The notes under the pieces were generated by a model. The model saw only the letters and a program-made list of their open reading frames with translations, was not told where the DNA came from and ran no database searches. From an uncultured beta proteobacterium (GTDB taxonomy: Bacteria > Pseudomonadota > Gammaproteobacteria > Burkholderiales > Burkholderiaceae_C), in contig CAVXGG010000017.1 in NCBI GenBank assembly GCA_963761295.1, positions 103,057-167,056 on the forward strand: a stretch of 64,000 nucleotides of DNA, read 5' to 3'. The translations under genes and the position numbers were made by a program. Within the stretch, counting starts at the first letter, position 1. Every line of letters begins with the position of its first letter. Below, piece after piece: positions 58,933 through 64,000 of the stretch.

Positions 58933-59951
58933 CTAGGACCGACGCTTGAGCAGCTGAGCCGCCAATTGTAGCAAACCGTCCTTGTAGATTCCGGCCGGCA
59001 GGCCGTCGGCCGCGTTCGAGCGCGCGTTGCGCTTCCGCCGGCGGCGGCTTCGCGCGTCGCCTCCAGGGCGCCGGTGGCGCGCACGATCTCGATGATGCGC
59101 GGCAACTGCTCGGTGCTGCCGGACTCGATCGCGCTGCGCACCGTCTCGCGCTGCTGCCATGTCGCCGCGCTGCATCGCGACGATCAGCGGCAGCGTGGCT
59201 TTGCCCTCGCGCAGATCGTCGCCCAGGTTCTTGCCCATCTCGTTGATGTCGCCGTCGTAGTCGAGCGCATCGTCGATCACCTGGAAGGCGGTGCCGAGCG
59301 CCTGGCCGTATTCGGCGCAGCGCGCCTCGACGGCCGGCGTCGACGCCGGCCAGCACGGCGCCGAGCCGCGCGCTCGCTTCGAACAGCTTGGCGGTCTTCG
59401 AGCGGATCACCCGCAGGTAGTCGGCTTCGGTCAGCGCCGCGTCGTGCATGTTCATCAGCTGCAGCACTTCGCCTTCCGCGATCACGTTGGTCGCGTCGGC
59501 GAGGATCTGCATGATCCGCATCTCGCCGGCCTCGACCATCATCTGAAACGCGCGCGAATACAGAAAGTCGCCGACCAGCACGCTGGCCGGGTTGCCGAAC
59601 GTCTCGTTCGCGGTCGGCCGGCCGCGGCGCAAGCGTCGATGCGTCCACCACGTCGTCGTGCAGCAACGTGGCGGTGTGGATGAACTCGACCACCGCCGCC
59701 AGCTTGAAGCGCTGCGGGTCGCGATAGCCCAGCGCGCCCGCGACCAGCAGCAGCAGGGAAGGCCGCAGCCGCTTGCCACCGGCGGCAATGATGTAGTGCG
59801 ACACCTCGGCCACCAGCGGCACGCCGGACTCCAGCCGCGCCGCGATCACCCGGTCGACTTCGCGCATGTCGTCGGCGATCAGCGCAAGTGCGGCGGCGGT
59901 GGTGGAAGGAGTTGACAGCCAAGGCGATCCGATGATTAGGAAGCTCTGCAC
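58933..59951 (-). CDS. ispB: Octaprenyl-diphosphate synthase (polyprenyl synthetase family); at least 4 frame breaks, start uncertain
   Basis: - ORF 59277..59951: 'LIADDMREVDRVIAARLESGVPLVAEVSHYIIAAGGKRLRPSLLLLVAGALGYRDPQRFKLAAVVEFIHTATLLHDDVVD' (first DDxxD).
- ORF 58892..59788: 'RGRPTANETFGNPASVLVGDFLYSRAFQMMVEAGEMRIMQILADATNVIAEGEVLQLMNMHDAALTEADYLRVIRSKTAKLFEASARLGAVLAG'.
- ORF 58933..59280: 'IDDALDYDGDINEMGKNLGDDLREGKATLPLIVAMQRG' (second DDxxD) and '...LLQLAAQLLKRRS*'. Confidence 0.85.
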
Positions 59952-60023
59952 GGAGGGTGTATACGGTGCGTCGATTATAGAAAACGACGGCTCGTGACCG
60001 GCTGGCCGCCGTCGCCACGGCAG

Positions 60024-60032
60024 TGTTAGAAT
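60024..60032 (+). promoter_or_regulatory. Candidate extended -10 promoter element (TGTTAGAAT) for rplU-rpmA
   Basis: 'tgttagaat' at 60024-60032 matches TG-n-TAnAAT. It lies about 118 nt upstream of the rplU ATG, in the ispB/rplU divergent spacer. I found no convincing -35 at canonical spacing. Confidence 0.3.
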
Positions 60033-60149
60033 CCGCGGTTCACCGAAGCCGGCGGGTCTGAGAAGTTCTCGCTATGAGCGCCGGCTGCGCCACAGGCAAG
60101 CAGTCGCGCGAGCGCTTCGACCCCATCCGTTGGAAGAGAGAACAGACGA

Positions 60150-60462
60150 ATGTACGCGGTCATCAAAACAGGCGGCAAGCAATACCGCGTTGCGGCCGGC
60201 GAGAAGATCAAGGTCGAACTGCTGACCGCGGATGTCGGCCAGCAGATCGTGATCGACCAGGTCTCTGGCAATGGGCGAAGGCGGCGAACTCAAGCTCGGC
60301 ACGCCGATGCTGTCTGGTGCCACCGTCAGCGCGACCGTGCTCTCGCACGGCAAGCACGACAAGGTCCGCATCTTCAAGATGCAGCGTCGCAAGCACTATC
60401 AGAAGCGCCAGGGCCATCGCCAGCAGTTCACCGAACTCGAAATCGGCGCGATCAGCGCCTGA
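60150..60462 (+). CDS. rplU: 50S ribosomal protein L21; one frame break near 60265-60270
   Basis: ORF 60150..60482 head: '[38 protein letters not shown]'. ORF 60271..60462: '[63 protein letters not shown]'. Together they make a normal L21 of about 103 aa. Confidence 0.93.
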
Positions 60463-60518
60463 AGCCGAAGCGCAGGGCCTGACCCAGCAACTCAACCAGT
60501 CACGAGGCAGCAGACGAC

Positions 60519-60815
60519 ATGGCACAGAAAAAAGGCGGCGGCTCCACGCGCAACGGCCGCGATTCCAAACCGAAGATGCTCGGCGTGAAAATGTTCGGCG
60601 GCCAGCAGATCAGCGCCGGCTCGATCATCGTGCGCCAGCGTGGCACGCGGTTTCATCCGGGCGTGAACGTCGGCATCGGCAAGGACCACACGCTGTTCGC
60701 GCTGGTCGACGGTGAAGTGGCGTTCGCGGTCAAGGGCGCGATGAACAAGAGCACCGTCAACGTGCTGCAGCGGCGGCCTGACGCAGCCAAGTCGTTCTCG
60801 GCGGTCGGTCTGTGA
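60519..60815 (+). CDS. rpmA: 50S ribosomal protein L27; the ORF as read has a 3' extension, and the true stop is probably at 60779-60781
   Basis: ORF 60519..60815: '[82 protein letters not shown]', then an atypical '[16 protein letters not shown]'. Inserting one C next to C60765 gives '...VNVPAAAA*', a typical L27 ending. Confidence 0.92.
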   Translation: MAQKKGGGSTRNGRDSKPKMLGVKMFGGQQISAGSIIVRQRGTRFHPGVNVGIGKDHTLFALVDGEVAFAVKGAMNKSTVNVLQRRPDAAKSFSAVGL

Positions 60816-60846
60816 AGCCCCGTTTCGACGGGGCTTCGTCATTTTT
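60814..60846 (+). terminator. Rho-independent terminator after rpmA
   Basis: gaagccccg (60814-60822) / tttcga / cggggcttc (60829-60837) is a perfect 9-bp GC-rich stem. It is followed by gtcattttt. Confidence 0.8.
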
Positions 60847-60889
60847 GGTGCGGTCGTATTCGAATGCGCGGCTTGGCGCCTCTTCATGA

Positions 60890-62008
<1,119 letters not shown>

Positions 62009-62062
62009 TCGCGCCCGATTCCATGCGCCCGGTTCGAACGATCACAAACTTGATAGCAAGAA

Positions 62063-63259
62063 ATGAATGAAGAGCCAGCGTCCGAGCCGGTTTTAACTGA
62101 AGAGCCGGCGTCCGTGATCGCGCTGCGCCATGCACGGCGAATCGTCGTCAAGGTCGGCTCGAGCCTCGTGACCAACGAAGGCCGCGGACTGGACGCGACC
62201 GCGATCGGCGACTGGTGCGTGCAGATCGCCAAGCTGGTCGACCGGCGGGCCGGAAGGCGCGGGCGCGCCGCGTGAGATGCTGATGGTCTCCAGCGGCGCG
62301 ATCGCCGAAGGCATGAAGCGGCTCGGCTGGCAGACCCGGCCGCGCGAGGTGCATGAGTTGCAGGCGGCGGCGGCGGTCGGCCAGATGGGCCTCGTGCAGA
62401 TGTACGAGTCGTGCCTGCGCGCGAACGGCCGGTCGCAGCGCGCAGGTGCTGCTTACGCATGCCGATCTGGCCGACCGGGAGCGCTATCTGAACGCGCGCT
62501 CGACGCTGTTGAATCTGTTGCGGTTGAATGTGGTGCCGGTCATCAACGAAAACGACACGGTCGTCACCGACGAGATCAAGTTCGGCGACAACGACACGCT
62601 GGGCGCGCTGGTGGCGAATCTGGTGGACGCCGATGCGCTCGTGATCCTGACCGATCAAAAAGGCCTGTACACCGCCGACCCACGCCGCGATGCCTCGGCC
62701 CGACTTCGTGCACCATGCGCAGGCCGGTGACCCTGACGCTCGAAGCGATGGCCGGCGGGCGCCGGCTCGCACCTGGGCCGCGGCGGCATGATCACCAAGA
62801 TCCTGGCGGCCAAGCGCGCGGCGCGCTCCGGCGCGTCGACCGTGATCGCCTGGGGCCGCGAGCCGGATGCGCTGCTGCGGCTCGCGCGGGGGAGGCCGAT
62901 CGGCACCGCGCTGCTCGCGCCGACGCAGAAGATGCAGGCGCGCAAGCAGTGGATCGCGAACCATCTGCAGGTGCGCGGGTCGGTCACGGTGGACGCGGGC
63001 GCGGCCGTCAAAGTCGGGCGCCGAGCGCAAGAGCCTGCTGCCGATCGGCATGACGGCGGTGGCGGGCAATTTCTCGCGCGGCGAAGTAATTGCGATCCGC
63101 GACCCGGCTGGCGTCGAGATCGGCCGCGGGCTGGCCAACTACTCGAGCGCCGAAGCCCGCTTGCTGTGCCGACGCGCGTCGGCCGACTTCATGCAGGTGC
63201 TCGGCTACGCGGCCGAGCCGGAGATGGTGAATCGCGACAATCTGGTGCTGACGCGCTGA
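62063..63259 (+). CDS. proB: Glutamate 5-kinase; at least 5 frame breaks
   Basis: - ORF 62063..62275: '[37 protein letters not shown]'.
- ORF 62277..63053 head: '[44 protein letters not shown]'.
- ORF 62353..62730: '[84 protein letters not shown]'.
- ORF 62788..63297 head: '[35 protein letters not shown]'.
- ORF 62867..63259 tail (PUA domain): '[45 protein letters not shown]...'. Confidence 0.9.
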
Positions 63260-63355
63260 TCCGATCTAGCGACGGCAACTTGATTGCAGCCGCTTGATCG
63301 GCGAGCTGCCACAGCAAGCAAACGCGGCCTTCTTCTCGAAGCGTGGCACTCCGTC

Positions 63356-63994
63356 TCAGCGACTCGAGCGAATCTCGCTGGCCGCTTGGCGCAGGTCGCG
63401 CACCATCTGATCGACCGGCGTATTCGGTGCCCGCCCAACGCAGATGCCGGCCTGCGCGATTGCCTTTGCATGCGCAGCAAGCCCGGTGGAGGCGAGCGGC
63501 TTCCACGGTGTGCTGCCGCCGTCCGCAGGCGACCATTCCGCCTCGCCCTTGTTGCGACGCGCATAGGTCCGAAATTCGCCGTTGCTGCAGCGAATGCCTT
63601 CAAAGAGCGCGGTATCCGCCCCTTGCTGGCTGGAAGCCACCACCACATAGCGCACCACGCCGTCGGTGCCGACAGCGATCGTCTTGGGATCGATGCCGAA
63701 GCTCAGTGCCGACCCGCGCGGGGATTCCACGGCAATCAACCGTGCGGAATCGTAGGCGGGCGGTGCACCGGCTGCGTTTTCTCGCCAATCGATGCCGGGC
63801 TCGACGTAAGCTCCGAGCTGCCGCCGGAGGGCGATCGGCAGGCGAGAGCAGCAGCCGAAGCAGCCAGCTGCCATCGCAGCCTCCAGGCTTATTGACCGGT
63901 CGCTGCCATCGAATACGAGGCGACGCAGTTGTGGCCCGACCGGCGCAGAAGCCGGGCGCGAGAGGTCGAGGCATCCGTCGTGTGGAGCAGCCAC
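63356..63994 (-). CDS. CNP1-like family (lipo)protein; N-terminus and start uncertain (window edge and possible frame break)
   Basis: ORF 63356..63994: 'IDWRENAAGAPPAYDSARLIAVESPRGSALSFGIDPKTIAVGTDGVVRYVVVASSQQGADTALFEGIRCSNGEFRTYARRNKGEAEW...WKPLASTGLAAHAKAIAQAGICVG'. Both the pattern and the position after proB match CNP1-like proteins of Burkholderiales as I recall them. Confidence 0.65.
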   Translation of the reverse strand: MAAPHDGCLDLSRPASAPVGPQLRRLVFDGSDRSISLEAAMAAGCFGCCSRLPIALRRQLGAYVEPGIDWRENAAGAPPAYDSARLIAVESPRGSALSFGIDPKTIAVGTDGVVRYVVVASSQQGADTALFEGIRCSNGEFRTYARRNKGEAEWSPADGGSTPWKPLASTGLAAHAKAIAQAGICVGRAPNTPVDQMVRDLRQAASEIRSSR

Positions 63995-64000
63995 TTGGGG

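Overview
High-GC chromosomal segment with betaproteobacterial (Burkholderiales-type) gene content and synteny. All calls come from reading the ORF track and my own translations. No searches were run, so family names rest on recognised motifs and recalled family architecture.

The window has three parts.
1. 1-15.9 kb holds metabolic and transport genes: a tartrate-dehydrogenase-family gene, an acyl-CoA ligase, a periplasmic asparaginase, a co-directional luxE-like/luxC-like/ABC-importer/SDR array, a Glu/Asp-binding protein + Asp/Glu racemase + D-amino-acid dehydrogenase trio, and arfB.
2. About 15.95-36.75 kb is an accessory, island-like block. It carries four toxin-antitoxin loci, IS and restriction-gene scars, an orphan treZ-malQ pair, a glf (galactofuranose) glycan cluster with an 846-codon GH-like/GT ORF, a UvrA paralogue lacking the UvrB-binding domain, and a NaChBac-type sodium channel.
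3. 36.8-64 kb holds mostly core genes: a single-chain acyl-CoA carboxylase plus acyl-CoA ligase, a LivK-like binding protein, a hybrid histidine kinase plus HD-GYP regulator, argJ, mutT-yacG-zapD-coaE-pilDCB, tRNA-Pro, and ispB / rplU-rpmA-obg-proB.

The main caveat is reading-frame breaks. By hand count, roughly 80 breaks interrupt otherwise full-length genes, including rplU, rpmA, proB and argJ, while about 15 kb of the accessory block is fully open. I therefore annotate broken genes as single CDS spans with approximate ends, and reserve 'pseudogene' for truncated remnants.

I did not find one obviously new system. The best candidates for follow-up are the glf / GH-like-GT / GT4 / amidohydrolase cluster and the luxE-luxC-importer-SDR array.
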